From an uncultured Planctomycetota bacterium (GTDB taxonomy: Bacteria > Planctomycetota > Planctomycetia > Isosphaerales > Isosphaeraceae): a stretch of 64,000 nt of DNA. This document shows positions 1 through 10,214 of this stretch, piece after piece. The notes below the pieces were generated by a model. The model had not been told where the DNA came from and ran no database searches. It saw only the letters and a list, made by a program, of their open reading frames with translations. The position numbers and the translations under genes are program-made. The DNA lies in NCBI GenBank assembly GCA_963737655.1, contig CAVTTN010000002.1:3136001-3200000 (forward strand), written 5' to 3'. Positions within the stretch are counted from its first letter, which is position 1, and each line of letters starts with the position of its first letter.

Positions 1-969
1 GGTCGTCGCCGACAACCTCGAAGTCTTCGTCAAGGACCTCTTCGCCCGCTGGCCGACCATCGACGGCGGCCTCGCCCTCCTGGCGATTTATGCGTTCGCG
101 TTCCAGATCTATTGCGACTTCTCGGGCTACACCGACGCCGCCCGGGGGATCGCCAAGTGCCTGGGCTTCGAGCTCGCCCTGAACTTCAACCTGCCGTACT
201 TCGCCACCAGCCCGAAGGACTTCTGGAGCCGCTGGCATATCAGCCTGTCCACCTGGTTGCGCGACTATCTGTACATCCCCCTGGGGGGCAATCGCGGGGC
301 GAACGGGACGGTCGCGTTCAAGGCGATCTTCGCCGCCATCGCCGCCGGCTGCGCCTGGTACGTGTTCGGGCCGATGCGGCATGCCTCGGTCCTCGAACCG
401 ACGAAGATGATGTCGATCGGGGCCCTCGTGCTGGCGGCATTCGGCGTGGTTTTGCCGATGACGGGCAAGATCGCGATGTACCGCAACCTCCTGCTCACGA
501 TGATGATCGGGGGCTCTGGCACGGGGCCCAGTGGACGATGATCCTGTGGGGGACGTACCACGGCCTCTTGCTGGTCGTCCATCGCCTGGTGGAGCCTTTG
601 TTGAAGCGGTATCGGCCGACCGACCCGGTCGAATCGGCGGGCTGGGCGGCCGTGCGGATGATCGTGACGTTCCACCTCGTCTGCTTCGGCTGGCTCCTGT
701 TCCGCTCGGAGTCGCTCGACCAGGCGTTCGGGATGATCCGCGCGATCGTCGAGAGGCCGGCGATCCCGGTCTACACGACGTTGATCCCGGTCCTGGTCTG
801 CATCCTCCCCCTGCTCGCGGTCCAGCTCGTCCAGTACGCATCGAAAGACCTGGACGTGATCTTCCGGCTGCCCTGGTACGTCCGCTCGGTCGTGTACACG
901 GGGCTGTTCTACGCCTTCGTCCTGGGCGGCCGGTTCGACGGCGAGCGGTTCATCTATTTCCAGTTCTGA
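1..969 (+). CDS. MBOAT family O-acyltransferase (AlgI/DltB-like), 5'-truncated by the window, frameshift near 510
   Basis: Motifs [51 protein letters not shown] and C-terminal FIYFQF; the frame changes in a G run at about 509-513. Confidence 0.9.
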   Translation, partial: GRRRQPRSLRQGPLRPLADHRRRPRPPGDLCVRVPDLLRLLGLHRRRPGDRQVPGLRARPELQPAVLRHQPEGLLEPLAYQPVHLVARLSVHPPGGQSRGERDGRVQGDLRRHRRRLRLVRVRADAACLGPRTDEDDVDRGPRAGGIRRGFADDGQDRDVPQPPAHDDDRGLWHGAQWTMILWGTYHGLLLVVHRLVEPLLKRYRPTDPVESAGWAAVRMIVTFHLVCFGWLLFRSESLDQAFGMIRAIVERPAIPVYTTLIPVLVCILPLLAVQLVQYASKDLDVIFRLPWYVRSVVYTGLFYAFVLGGRFDGERFIYFQF

Positions 970-988
970 ACCGGGAAGGGCGATCGCG

Positions 989-2116
989 ATGATGGAGGAG
1001 GGGCCTCGGCGACGAGCCCGGCTTCCGTGGGGACTGGCCGGGATGATCGGGCTGGTCGTCCTGGTCGAGGGCTTCCTCGCGCACCATCCCGACCGCTTCG
1101 GCCTGCCGAGCTGGGGCGACTGGTCCTCCGCCGCCCACGCCGCGAGGGACGAGGCGATCGGGGCTGAGGTGCTCCTGTTCGGCGACAGCCAGGTCAAGCT
1201 GGGCGTGCAGCCCCGAGTCATGGAAGCACGGCTCGGCGGACGGGTCCGCTCGCTGGCGGTCTCGGCGGGCCCGAGCCCGGCGAGCTATTTCCTCCTGAAA
1301 CGGGCGCTGGAGGCCGGCGCAAGTCCGAGCGCGGTCGTGGTGAGCTTCCATCCCCACCTGCTGCAGGAAGGGCCCCGGCATACGATCACCTACTGGCCCG
1401 AGCTCCTCAACCTGCGAGAAGCGTTCGAGCTCTCGAGGACGGCCCGCGATCCCAGCCTGCTCGCCGAGATCGCCCTGGGCCGGCTGATCCCGTCGATCGG
1501 CGGTCGCCACGAGGTCCGCGACGCCATCGCCTCGGCCCTGATCGGCCAGCCGAAGGGCCGGACCGACGCGATGCTCGCCTCGTGGCGGAACTGGAACGCG
1601 AACCGGGGCGGCTTCCTCATGGGCAACAATCCGAATTATCGGGGCGAGGTGGCGCCGGTATTCGCCTCGTTGTTCCCTCCCTCGTGGAAGCCCGATCCCG
1701 CCTCCGCCTCGTACCTCCGGCGGTTCCTTCGGCTGGCGAGGAGCCGGAAAATCCCGGTGGTCTGGCTGATCCCGCCGTTCGTTCCCGAGGCCCAGTCTCG
1801 CCGCGAAAACCTGGGGCTCGATGCGGGCTACACCGCGTTCGCGAAGGCCGTTCAGCGTGAATTCCCGGAGGTCACGGTGATCGACGCCCGCCATTCAGGC
1901 TACCAGGCGACGGAGTTCGCCGACCCGGTCCACCTGAACCGGCGAGGGGCCGTCGCGATGACCGAGGAGCTCGCCGAGGTCGTCGCCCAGGGCCTGACCG
2001 CCGGCCGATGGGTCGTCCTCCCGCTGTATCGCGAACATCCCGAACGAACGCCCCTGGAAGACGCATCGCAATCGACGCTCGCCCTGAAAAACCTCGGCCC
2101 GAGGGTGGTGCGATGA
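989..2116 (+). CDS. Membrane-anchored SGNH-like (DltD/AlgJ-like) protein, paralog 1
   Basis: N-terminal TM helix, LLFGDSQVKLG motif and C-terminal DPVHL; directly follows the MBOAT gene. Confidence 0.7.
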   Translation: MMEEGPRRRARLPWGLAGMIGLVVLVEGFLAHHPDRFGLPSWGDWSSAAHAARDEAIGAEVLLFGDSQVKLGVQPRVMEARLGGRVRSLAVSAGPSPASYFLLKRALEAGASPSAVVVSFHPHLLQEGPRHTITYWPELLNLREAFELSRTARDPSLLAEIALGRLIPSIGGRHEVRDAIASALIGQPKGRTDAMLASWRNWNANRGGFLMGNNPNYRGEVAPVFASLFPPSWKPDPASASYLRRFLRLARSRKIPVVWLIPPFVPEAQSRRENLGLDAGYTAFAKAVQREFPEVTVIDARHSGYQATEFADPVHLNRRGAVAMTEELAEVVAQGLTAGRWVVLPLYREHPERTPLEDASQSTLALKNLGPRVVR

Positions 2117-3243
2117 TCTCCGACCGCGTGAAATCGGCCTGCAAGCATCTCCCCGGCGGCTTCGTCGGCATGGTCCTGCTGCTGGTCATCATCGAACGCT
2201 GGGTCGCCAAGCATTCGCTCGATTTCGGGACGCCCACCGCGGCCGACTGGCGGCAGTCGGCCGGCTCGGCGACGAAGAGGGCGCCCAAGGCCGAGGTCCT
2301 GCTGTTCGGCGACTCGATGGTGAAGTTCGGCGTCCTGCCCCGGGTCCTCGAATCGGGCCTGAAGCGGTCGGCCTACAGCCTGGCCCTGTACAACGGCACG
2401 CCGCAAACCAGCTATTTCCTGCTGAAACGGGCGATCGACTCGGGGGCGAGCCCCAGGGCGATCGTCGTCGATTTCCAGCCGGAATTGCTGATGGCCGACC
2501 ACATCCGCCTGCACGTCCGGCAGTGGCCCGAGGTGCTCCGGCCTCGCGACGTGGTCGAGCTCGCCCGGGAGTCCGGCGAGCCCGACTTCGCCCTGGCCAC
2601 CCTGGCCGCCGAGGTCTTCCCCACCGTGAAGGATCGAGCCGAGATCCGCCTGGCGATCACCGAATCGCTGGGCGGGCGGCCCGCGTCGCCCCGTCCTTAT
2701 CTGATCACGTATGCACGCAACTGGCGGGAGAATCGCGGGGCACAGGTGCTCCCCCGGAACCCGGGGTATGCCGGCGAGGTGCCGCCGACCTACGCCCTGT
2801 TCTTCGACCAATGGGCCGCGAAGCCGCTGAACGCGGCGTTCGTGAGGAAGTTCCTGAAGCTGGCCGAGTCCCGCGAGATCCCCGTGTTCTGGGTCCTGCC
2901 CCCGAACGTCCCGCCGGTCCAGGCCCGGCGACTGGCGATCGGTTTGACCCCTCGATACGACGCCTTCGCGCATTCCGCCGTGGAGAAGTATCGGAACCTG
3001 ACCGTCCTCGATGCTCGCGAGATCGGCTTCGGCCACGAGAAGTTCATCGACGCCGTCCACCTCGACCGCCAGGGGGCCGCCGAGCTCTCGGCCAGCGTGG
3101 CGGAGGCGATCGCCCGGAGGCTGGGAGGGTCGGAAACCCGGCGATGGCTCGCGCTCCGGCCTTCGGCTCGATCCCGAGAAATCCCCCTGGAGGACACCGA
3201 ACAATCGCGATTGGCACTCCTCCGGGCGGGGGCGTTCCGATGA
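2113..3243 (+). CDS. Membrane-anchored SGNH-like protein, paralog 2
   Basis: ATGA overlap with the upstream stop; LLFGDSMVKFG, NWRENRGAQV, DAVHL. Confidence 0.7.
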   Translation: MISDRVKSACKHLPGGFVGMVLLLVIIERWVAKHSLDFGTPTAADWRQSAGSATKRAPKAEVLLFGDSMVKFGVLPRVLESGLKRSAYSLALYNGTPQTSYFLLKRAIDSGASPRAIVVDFQPELLMADHIRLHVRQWPEVLRPRDVVELARESGEPDFALATLAAEVFPTVKDRAEIRLAITESLGGRPASPRPYLITYARNWRENRGAQVLPRNPGYAGEVPPTYALFFDQWAAKPLNAAFVRKFLKLAESREIPVFWVLPPNVPPVQARRLAIGLTPRYDAFAHSAVEKYRNLTVLDAREIGFGHEKFIDAVHLDRQGAAELSASVAEAIARRLGGSETRRWLALRPSARSREIPLEDTEQSRLALLRAGAFR

Positions 3244-4376
3244 TGAAGGAAAACGCAAGCGGCGAGGCTCCGTCCCGATTCCGGGTGCCGCTGGGGCTGG
3301 TCGGCGCCCTGGCGATGATCGCCGCCGTGGAGTCGGCGATCGGCTCCAACGCGATGTCGTTCCGCAACCCCTGGGGCTGGGACTGGTTCCAGGCCAATCG
3401 CGCGGCCGAGAAGGAGGCGCCTCGGTGCGAGGTCCTCTTCTTCGGCGATAGCATGGTCAAGTTCGGCGTGGCGCCCCGGGTCGTCGAGCGGGAAAGCGGA
3501 CGCAAGGCGTACAACCTCGCGATCGCGGCCGGCCCGGTCCCGGCCAGCTATTTCCTGTTCCGAAGGGCGATCGAAGGCGGGGCCCGGCCCAAGGCGGTGG
3601 TGATCGACGCGATTCCGCATCTCCTGGCCTCGGGCCTCTCGCCCAGCGCCGTCTTGTGGCCCGATCTGCTCTCCTCTCGCGACTGCCTGGAACTGGCTTA
3701 TGAGGCGAAGGACGCCGATTTCTTCGCCTCGACGAGCGTGGCCAGGCTGTTTCCTTCGGTCCGGGACCGGATCGGCATCCGCAACGCCCTGATGGCGGCC
3801 TTTCGAGGGGAGCCGCCCCCCCTTCGCAACGGCGTGGGCACGTATCTCCGCAACTGGCGGGAGAACCGAGGGGCCCAGGTCATGAAGCGCGACCCGAACG
3901 CCCCCCCGATCCCGGCCGACCCCTGGGCCCCGGCCCTCTTCCCCGATTCCTGGCGTCCCGATCCGATCAACACCCATTTTCTCCGAGAATTCTTCCGCCT
4001 GGCCGACCTCCACGGGATCCAGGTCTACTGGTTGCTGCCCCCGTTCGGACCCGAGGTCCAGGCCCGCCGCGACTCCGGGGGCCGCGACGCCGAATATGAG
4101 GCATTCGTCCGCAAGGTCCGCCAGAAACACCCCAATGTGATCGTCCTGGACGCCCGACGCCGAGGCTACGGCGACGACGTCCACATCGACCCCATCCACC
4201 TCGACCTCCGAGGCGCCTCGGCCCTGAGCCGGGACCTGGCGGACCTCCTCGCCCGCCCGCCCGACCGCCTCACCTCCTGGACCCAAATGCCCCCCTTCCG
4301 CGAACCCTCGCCGGGAGGGCCGCTGGAAGACGTGGAGCAATCCGGGATTGCGGTGATGCTCCGCCATCGGCGATAG
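3240..4376 (+). CDS. Membrane-anchored SGNH-like protein, paralog 3
   Basis: ATGA overlap; LFFGDSMVKFG, NWRENRGAQV, DPIHL. Confidence 0.7.
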   Translation: MMKENASGEAPSRFRVPLGLVGALAMIAAVESAIGSNAMSFRNPWGWDWFQANRAAEKEAPRCEVLFFGDSMVKFGVAPRVVERESGRKAYNLAIAAGPVPASYFLFRRAIEGGARPKAVVIDAIPHLLASGLSPSAVLWPDLLSSRDCLELAYEAKDADFFASTSVARLFPSVRDRIGIRNALMAAFRGEPPPLRNGVGTYLRNWRENRGAQVMKRDPNAPPIPADPWAPALFPDSWRPDPINTHFLREFFRLADLHGIQVYWLLPPFGPEVQARRDSGGRDAEYEAFVRKVRQKHPNVIVLDARRRGYGDDVHIDPIHLDLRGASALSRDLADLLARPPDRLTSWTQMPPFREPSPGGPLEDVEQSGIAVMLRHRR

Positions 4377-4408
4377 AAGACCCGGGCCGACATCGCCGGA
4401 CCGCCCGG

Positions 4409-5637
4409 GTGAGCGCCGTGAATCCGTTCGAAGCCGAAGTAAACGTCCTGACCACGGACGAGGGCCGCGCCCTGCTGGCGGAGGTCCAGGAGGTCGCTTC
4501 GCCGACGGTCCGCGACATCGACCGCTGGCGGAAGGCGTTCGCGGCCGAGGTCGTCTCGGCGGCCGTCCGGCTGGCCGATTCGCGGAGACGGGGTCGAGCC
4601 AAGTTCTCTCGGCCCAGGAGATGTGGCTCGACCCGGTCGGCCTCGAACAGGCGACTTCCGAACCCGTCGCCCGGCACAAGGCGAGGCGTCTGAACGAGGG
4701 AGTGGTCTTCGACGTCTGCTCGGGCGTGGGCGGCGACTCGGTGGCGATGGCCTCGGCCGGGGCGCGGGTCGTCTCGATCGATCGAAGCCGCGAGCGTCTG
4801 CGCCGAACCTTCTGGAACGCCCGGGTTTATGGCGTCGAAACCGCGATCCTCCCGGTCCGGTCGATGGCGGAATCCCTGGCGATGCCGCAATCGGCCCGGG
4901 TCCACATCGACCCCGACCGCCGGATCGGTCGCGACCGCCGGGCCCGGGCCGTCGCCGATTATTCGCCGGGCTTGCCGTTCCTGAGATCGCTCGTCAACTC
5001 GGCCCGAGGCGGGGCGATCAAATTGGGGCCGGCGAGCGACTTTTCCGTGTTTTTCGATCCGCTTCGGACCGAAATCGAACTCATCAGCCTTGGGGGCGAG
5101 TGCAAGGAGGCGACCGTGTGGTTCGGCGATCGGGCGACGGGTCGCAGGAGGGCGACGGCGTTGCCCTCTGGGGCGTCGTGGACCGACCGGGACGGGCCGG
5201 ATTCCCCGGCGGCGGTCGGCCCGCTCGCGTCCTGCATCTTCGACCCCGACCCGGCGCTGGTCCGCTCGGGGTTGCTGGATGGGTTCGCGGTCGTTCACGG
5301 GTTGGCCCGGTTCGCCCCCGGGATCGACCTGCTGACCGGCCCCGGGCCGGTGCGCTCGCCGTGGCTGGCGGCCTTCGAGGTCCTCGACGTGCTGCCGATG
5401 GACCTGAAGCGGCTCCGTAAGTCCCTGGGGAATCGAGGGATCGGCGAGGTGGAGATCAAGCCCCGGGGGGTGGACGTCCGGCCCGAGACGCTCCGAAAAT
5501 CGCTCGGCCTCGAAGGAGAGATCCGGGCGGCCCTGTTCCCGATCGGCGGGGACGGCCCGAGGCGGGCGATCCTGGCGAGGCGGACCGACTTTGCGGCTTC
5601 ACCTCCTTGCCCGGAATCGCCGGGACTGGCAGACTGA
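4409..5637 (+). CDS. Class I SAM-dependent methyltransferase with THUMP-like C-terminus, frameshift near 4611
   Basis: LEQATSE, SAM-binding motif DVCSGVGGDS, IDPDRR; ORFs 4409-4693 and 4621-5637 join into one protein. Confidence 0.75.
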
Positions 5638-5701
5638 GGGACGATCGCCGGGGTCGGACCCGACCTCACCTCGTTCTCTTCCCTGGATGGGTGCATCACC
5701 G

Positions 5702-6625
5702 ATGACGACCTCGCGGCCCTGGACCCGGCCCCTCGCCCTGCTCGCCGCGACCGTGATCGCGGCCTCGGTCACCTCGTCGGCCTCGGCCGACACCAAGCTC
5801 CGGTGGAAGTTCGTCGCCGGCAAGTCCTATCAGTACAAGGTCACCCAGAAGACCAGCTCGAAGATGACGATCCAGGGCCGGGACCTGGACCAGACGATCA
5901 CCCAGGACATGGACATGACCTGGGAGATCAAGTCGGTCAAGCCCGACGGCTCCGCCGAGATGGTCCAGAAGATTGACCGGATCAAATTCATGATGGACGC
6001 GCCGTTCGGCAAGGTCAGCATCGATACCAAGGACGGCAAGGACCCCGAAGGCCCGATGGCGGCGATCGGGCCGATCTTCCGGGCCCTGGCCGGGGCGCCG
6101 GTCAGCCTGACGATGACCCCTCGGGGCGAGATCCAGGACGTCAAGGTCCCCCAGGAGCTGGTGGACGCGCTGAAGAACGCCGGCCCTGGCGCGGCGGCGG
6201 CCGGCGGGATGTTTTCCGAGGAGGGCCTGAAGAACCTGGTCAGCCAGGCCAGCCTCGTCCTGCCCGAGGCGGCCGTCGCCAAGGGGGCGAGCTGGAAGTC
6301 GGAAAAAGCGATCGATACCCCCCCCCTGGGCACGATGGTGATGGATAACACCTACACCTATCTGGGTTCGGAGAAGGGTGCCGAGAAGATCGGCTTGAAC
6401 CTCAAGATCACGCTCAAGGCCAAGGCCGATTCCCCCGTCCAGGTCACCATCGGCGACCAGGCGAACACCGGTTCGTTCGCATTCGACAACGTCGCCGGCC
6501 TGCTCAAGGCGTCCTCGGTGACCCAGAAGACCAAGATGACCATCTCCACCATGGGCCAGGAGTTCGTCCAGGACGTGACGTCCGAGACGGCCATGACCCT
6601 GGCTTCGCCGGGAACTTCGAGGTAA
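5702..6625 (+). CDS. Secreted hypothetical protein (possibly DUF6263-like)
   Basis: Signal peptide ending ASA, then LRWKF; strong codon bias. Confidence 0.7.
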   Translation: MTTSRPWTRPLALLAATVIAASVTSSASADTKLRWKFVAGKSYQYKVTQKTSSKMTIQGRDLDQTITQDMDMTWEIKSVKPDGSAEMVQKIDRIKFMMDAPFGKVSIDTKDGKDPEGPMAAIGPIFRALAGAPVSLTMTPRGEIQDVKVPQELVDALKNAGPGAAAAGGMFSEEGLKNLVSQASLVLPEAAVAKGASWKSEKAIDTPPLGTMVMDNTYTYLGSEKGAEKIGLNLKITLKAKADSPVQVTIGDQANTGSFAFDNVAGLLKASSVTQKTKMTISTMGQEFVQDVTSETAMTLASPGTSR

Positions 6626-6696
6626 TCGGTCCAGGAGGGCCGTCGGGCAAGTCCGAGCCGCCCGACGGCCCTCTCGATCCCATCGCGGACCGCCGA

Positions 6697-9600
6697 TCAC
6701 GCCAGCCCGTGTTTCTTCAATTTGCTGAAGAACGTGCTCCGGGGCATCTTCAGGAGCCGCGCGGCCTCGCTCTTGATCCCCCCCGCCTCGGCCAGCGCCT
6801 CAACAAGCATCTGCCGCTCGTCGGCCTCGGACTCGCGGTCCATCGGCCCGTCGTCGAGGTCTCGGCCGCCCGGCACGGTGACCAACGCCGGAGTCCTGGT
6901 CCGGCGACGGGCTGGACGGCGGATCTCGCCCGGCAAGTCGTCCCGGGTCAGCGCCGGACCGTCGGCCAGCACCACGGCCCGTTCGATCACGTTCTCCAGC
7001 TCCCGGATATTGCCCGGCCAGTCGTGGGCGATCAAAGCCTCGATGGCCGAGTCGTCCAGGTGGGTGACCGGCTTGCCCACCCTCCGGGCATGCTGGATCA
7101 AGAAGTGAACGGCGAGCTCGAAAATGTCCTCCCGGCGCTCGCGGAGGGCCGGGGTGCGAATGCTGATCACGTTCAGCCGATAATACAGGTCCTCGCGGAA
7201 TTTCCCCTCGCGGATCAGCCCTTCCAGGTCCTGGTGAGTCGCCGCGACGATCCTCACGTCCACCGTGATCGACTGGGAACTGCCCACCTTCTCGAACGCC
7301 ATCTCCTGGAGGACCCGCAAAAGCTTCGTCTGGACCTCCAAATTGATGTCGCCGATCTCGTCCAGGAACAGGGTGCCGCCGTCGGCCTGCTGGAACCGGC
7401 CGATCCGGTCCCGATGGGCATCGGTGAAGGCCCCCTTGACGTGGCCGAAAAGCTCGGATTCCAGCAATCCTTGCGAGAGGGCCGCGCAATGGACCTTCAC
7501 GAACGGTCGGCCCACCCGGGGGCTTGCCGCGTGGATCGCCTCGGCCAGAAGTTCTTTGCCCGTCCCGCTTTCCCCCCGAATCAGGACGGCCGACGGACTC
7601 GCCGCCACCTTCCTCGCCACCTCCAGCATCCGGCGGACGGCCCGGCTCGACCCCTTGATCGGCCCGAACACCGCCGGAGGGGCCGTTGCCAGGGCCATCT
7701 CGCCGGAACCCGGCAGAGTCCCCCCAATCGGCGAGGTCAACTGGTCCTGGAGGATCAGGATTCGCCGTTGCTGCTCGGCGATCTTCTCCACCTTGTCGCG
7801 CAGCTCGTGATTCAGAAGTTCCAGAGTGGCCTGGATTTCGGCCGATCGGAGCGCCAGCGTCGCCACCGAGCCCAGGGCCGCGAGAAAGGCAATCTCCTCG
7901 TCCTCATACGGCATCCCGCTCCGCTTCGGGCCCAGGACCAGCAAGCCCGGGGGCACGCCGTCGGCAATCAACGGGGTGGCGATCTCCCCTCCCAGCGCGA
8001 TCAGGGCATCCGCCGCCGGTCCCGAAGTCGGCCCAATTGAGCCAGTCCCCCGCGATGACCCCTCGGCGGCCCCTCGGAGGTGTTCCACCAGCGGGTTGCC
8101 CTCCTCAAGGATCGTCTCCTCGGGTTCCGGGCCGCTCGAAGCAGCCAAAAAAAGCCGGCCACCCTCCGCTTCGGCCAGGTAGATAGCTCCCCATTCAACC
8201 CGCAGCACGTCTCCGGCCGCCTCCAGCAACCGCCTCCCGAGCGTCTCGCGATCGACCAGACGATCCACGGCGGCGCTCATTTTCCGCATCGCCTGATCGA
8301 ATTTGTACTTTTCGCGGTGGAACCGGCGGTCGATGGCCGTCTGGAACCTCTGCCGGGCCGCGCCGGAGAGGATCAGCACCACGATGGCCGTGATCCACGC
8401 CACCACGGCGCCCATCGATGCCTGTTTGTCGAGCAGCCTTTCGCCGATGATGAGCGCGCCGACCACCAGGACGCCCGAGTACAACAGGCCAGCCATCACG
8501 CTGACCGCCACGTACACCACCCCGCGATTGAGCAGGGCTTCGGCCTGCGTCAGCTTGTAGCGTGTGATGCTCAGGGCATAGGCAATCGTGTAGAAAACCG
8601 ACACGAGGAACATTGGCCAGGCCGACCGGGTCATCCCCAGCCGGGCCGGGTCGATCATCGCATCCCAGAGCAGCCAGCTAATCGGCAGGAAGGAAAGCAG
8701 GGTCGCCAGCAAGATCCATCGGACCTGGTTCCGCTCGGCGGGCGTCGGCGACGTGCGATAGCTGTAGATCAGGCAGAGGAAACAGGCCACGAAGAGAACA
8801 AAAGCGAACCCCACGTAGCCCAACGCCAGCCGGCGGAGCAAATCGAGGGCGAACTCGACCCACGGCCCTTCGGACATCATCCGCGACCACGCCATGCAGC
8901 CCCACATCGCCAGCAGCGCCCCGATCGGCACGCCGTAAAGCAGCCTAAGTAAGACCCGTCGATGGGCGACCAGCAACGGATTGGGTCGAGGGAAGACCAG
9001 GTAGAAGTGGAGACTGACGATCGGGACGAACACGGCGAAAGCCGCGAACAGGTAGATCAAGGGTAAGAACACCACGATTTGCGACCAGTGGTAACCCCCC
9101 ATGAAGGCGCCCACCGTCACCACGCAGTTCCAGAAGAAGATCCGGGCCGAGGCGTCTCGCGGCCTCCTCGCCAGGACCCGCCATCCCACGGCGAAGATCA
9201 CCATTTCCTGGAGGAACCAGAGGACCGACCACACGAACGCCCCGGCCGGGGGGCGGCGGACCACGACCTCCCCTCGGCGCAGTTCGGAGTCGTCGGCCGA
9301 CGTCCAGACGACCTCCACCGCCTGGCCGATCCGGTCCCGGACCACCCGCAACGCCCGGACGTAATCGGCGTAATTCCGAACCGGCTGACCGGCGATGGAT
9401 TCGATCGAATCCCCCACGCCCGGAGGGCCGGGCGACCAGGCTCCTCGGCCCGTCGAGTCGCCCGCCGATGGCTGGACCCGCCAGGAATACGGGGCCACTT
9501 CCTTCACCTTGCGGCCGAACACACAACGAATCCCGAGATCGCCATTATAAGCGACAAGACCGAGCACCGAAACCGAATAAAAGATCACGAAAAGCGACGG

Positions 9601-9714
9601 AAGCCACATCCAGGCGGACCCCGGATGCGCCGGACCCACGCCGGGCCGGGCGATCCATCCTCGACGATCGGCATTCGCGGGGAAGGCGGACCGGGACATA
9701 AACGCTCGATTCAT
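6697..9714 (-). CDS. Membrane-anchored sigma-54-dependent transcriptional activator (PDZ-like, multi-TM, GAF, AAA+, Fis HTH)
   Basis: GESGTGKE, ESELFGHVKGAFTDA, LFLDEIGD, FREDLYYRLN, WPGNIRELEN, C-terminal HTH; many hydrophobic helices in the N-terminal half; true start may lie somewhat downstream. Confidence 0.9.
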   Translation of the reverse strand: MNRAFMSRSAFPANADRRGWIARPGVGPAHPGSAWMWLPSLFVIFYSVSVLGLVAYNGDLGIRCVFGRKVKEVAPYSWRVQPSAGDSTGRGAWSPGPPGVGDSIESIAGQPVRNYADYVRALRVVRDRIGQAVEVVWTSADDSELRRGEVVVRRPPAGAFVWSVLWFLQEMVIFAVGWRVLARRPRDASARIFFWNCVVTVGAFMGGYHWSQIVVFLPLIYLFAAFAVFVPIVSLHFYLVFPRPNPLLVAHRRVLLRLLYGVPIGALLAMWGCMAWSRMMSEGPWVEFALDLLRRLALGYVGFAFVLFVACFLCLIYSYRTSPTPAERNQVRWILLATLLSFLPISWLLWDAMIDPARLGMTRSAWPMFLVSVFYTIAYALSITRYKLTQAEALLNRGVVYVAVSVMAGLLYSGVLVVGALIIGERLLDKQASMGAVVAWITAIVVLILSGAARQRFQTAIDRRFHREKYKFDQAMRKMSAAVDRLVDRETLGRRLLEAAGDVLRVEWGAIYLAEAEGGRLFLAASSGPEPEETILEEGNPLVEHLRGAAEGSSRGTGSIGPTSGPAADALIALGGEIATPLIADGVPPGLLVLGPKRSGMPYEDEEIAFLAALGSVATLALRSAEIQATLELLNHELRDKVEKIAEQQRRILILQDQLTSPIGGTLPGSGEMALATAPPAVFGPIKGSSRAVRRMLEVARKVAASPSAVLIRGESGTGKELLAEAIHAASPRVGRPFVKVHCAALSQGLLESELFGHVKGAFTDAHRDRIGRFQQADGGTLFLDEIGDINLEVQTKLLRVLQEMAFEKVGSSQSITVDVRIVAATHQDLEGLIREGKFREDLYYRLNVISIRTPALRERREDIFELAVHFLIQHARRVGKPVTHLDDSAIEALIAHDWPGNIRELENVIERAVVLADGPALTRDDLPGEIRRPARRRTRTPALVTVPGGRDLDDGPMDRESEADERQMLVEALAEAGGIKSEAARLLKMPRSTFFSKLKKHGLA

Positions 9715-9787
9715 GAGTCGTGTGACCGAAACGAGGCCGGCGGCTGATGTCCCTCAACCTAGCGGATTCGGGGAGCGAAAGGAAGTA

Positions 9788-9801
9788 TTTCGTTAACGAA
9801 A
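9788..9801. promoter_or_regulatory. Perfect palindrome TTTCG-TTAA-CGAAA, candidate activator/operator site
   Basis: 14-bp palindrome with the same arms as the site at 10078-10091. Confidence 0.5.
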
Positions 9802-10054
9802 CCTTCGGCGCCGACCTTGGTGGCCCGTTTCGGCGCTTGTTGAAAGCAGCGAGGGTGGGTAATTTAGGGAAGAATGAGTGAAGAATCGATTTGCAACTTT
9901 CCTTCGCCTTTCTAGAGTGGCCAAACCCAGGACTCCTGGCCAGAACCACCCAGACCCAGGAAAATGTAGGGTTTGCACAGTTGGGGAGTGCGAGATCCCT
10001 GGTCCCCAGTCTGCGGGGCCACTCCGCCTTGCCCAGATCTCCAGGAGAGTAAAG

Positions 10055-10091
10055 TTAAGGCGCCGAAAAATGAGGTGTTTCGGCGCCGAAA
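10055..10091. promoter_or_regulatory. Tandem candidate upstream activator sequences (TTAAG-GCGC-CGAAA and TTTCG-GCGC-CGAAA)
   Basis: Perfect palindrome at 10078-10091 and a degenerate copy at 10055-10068, about 80-110 bp upstream of the predicted sigma-54 start site. Confidence 0.55.
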
Positions 10092-10141
10092 ACTCGACAA
10101 CCGAGAGGGTTTGACATACGGTCCCCATCCATTTTTTCGTG

Positions 10142-10157
10142 AGGTATGCCGGATGCT
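10142..10157 (+). promoter_or_regulatory. Candidate sigma-54 (-24/-12) promoter AGGTATGCCGGATGCT
   Basis: GG at 10143-10144 and GC at 10155-10156 with exactly 10 nt between them; divergent from a bEBP gene. Confidence 0.6.
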
Positions 10158-10214
10158 TTGATGGAATCCCGACACCTCGGATCGAGACACCTGGGCCCAG
10201 GCTGGGACGGACTC

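Noticed and set aside
9820..9836. TGGCCCG-containing sigma-54 promoter candidate
   Set aside because: The GG-to-GC spacing is not 10 nt, unlike the site at 10143-10156.
10146..10214. ATG at 10146 as the hydrolase start
   Set aside because: It lies inside the predicted sigma-54 promoter; ATG 10215 has a purine-rich upstream sequence and fits better.
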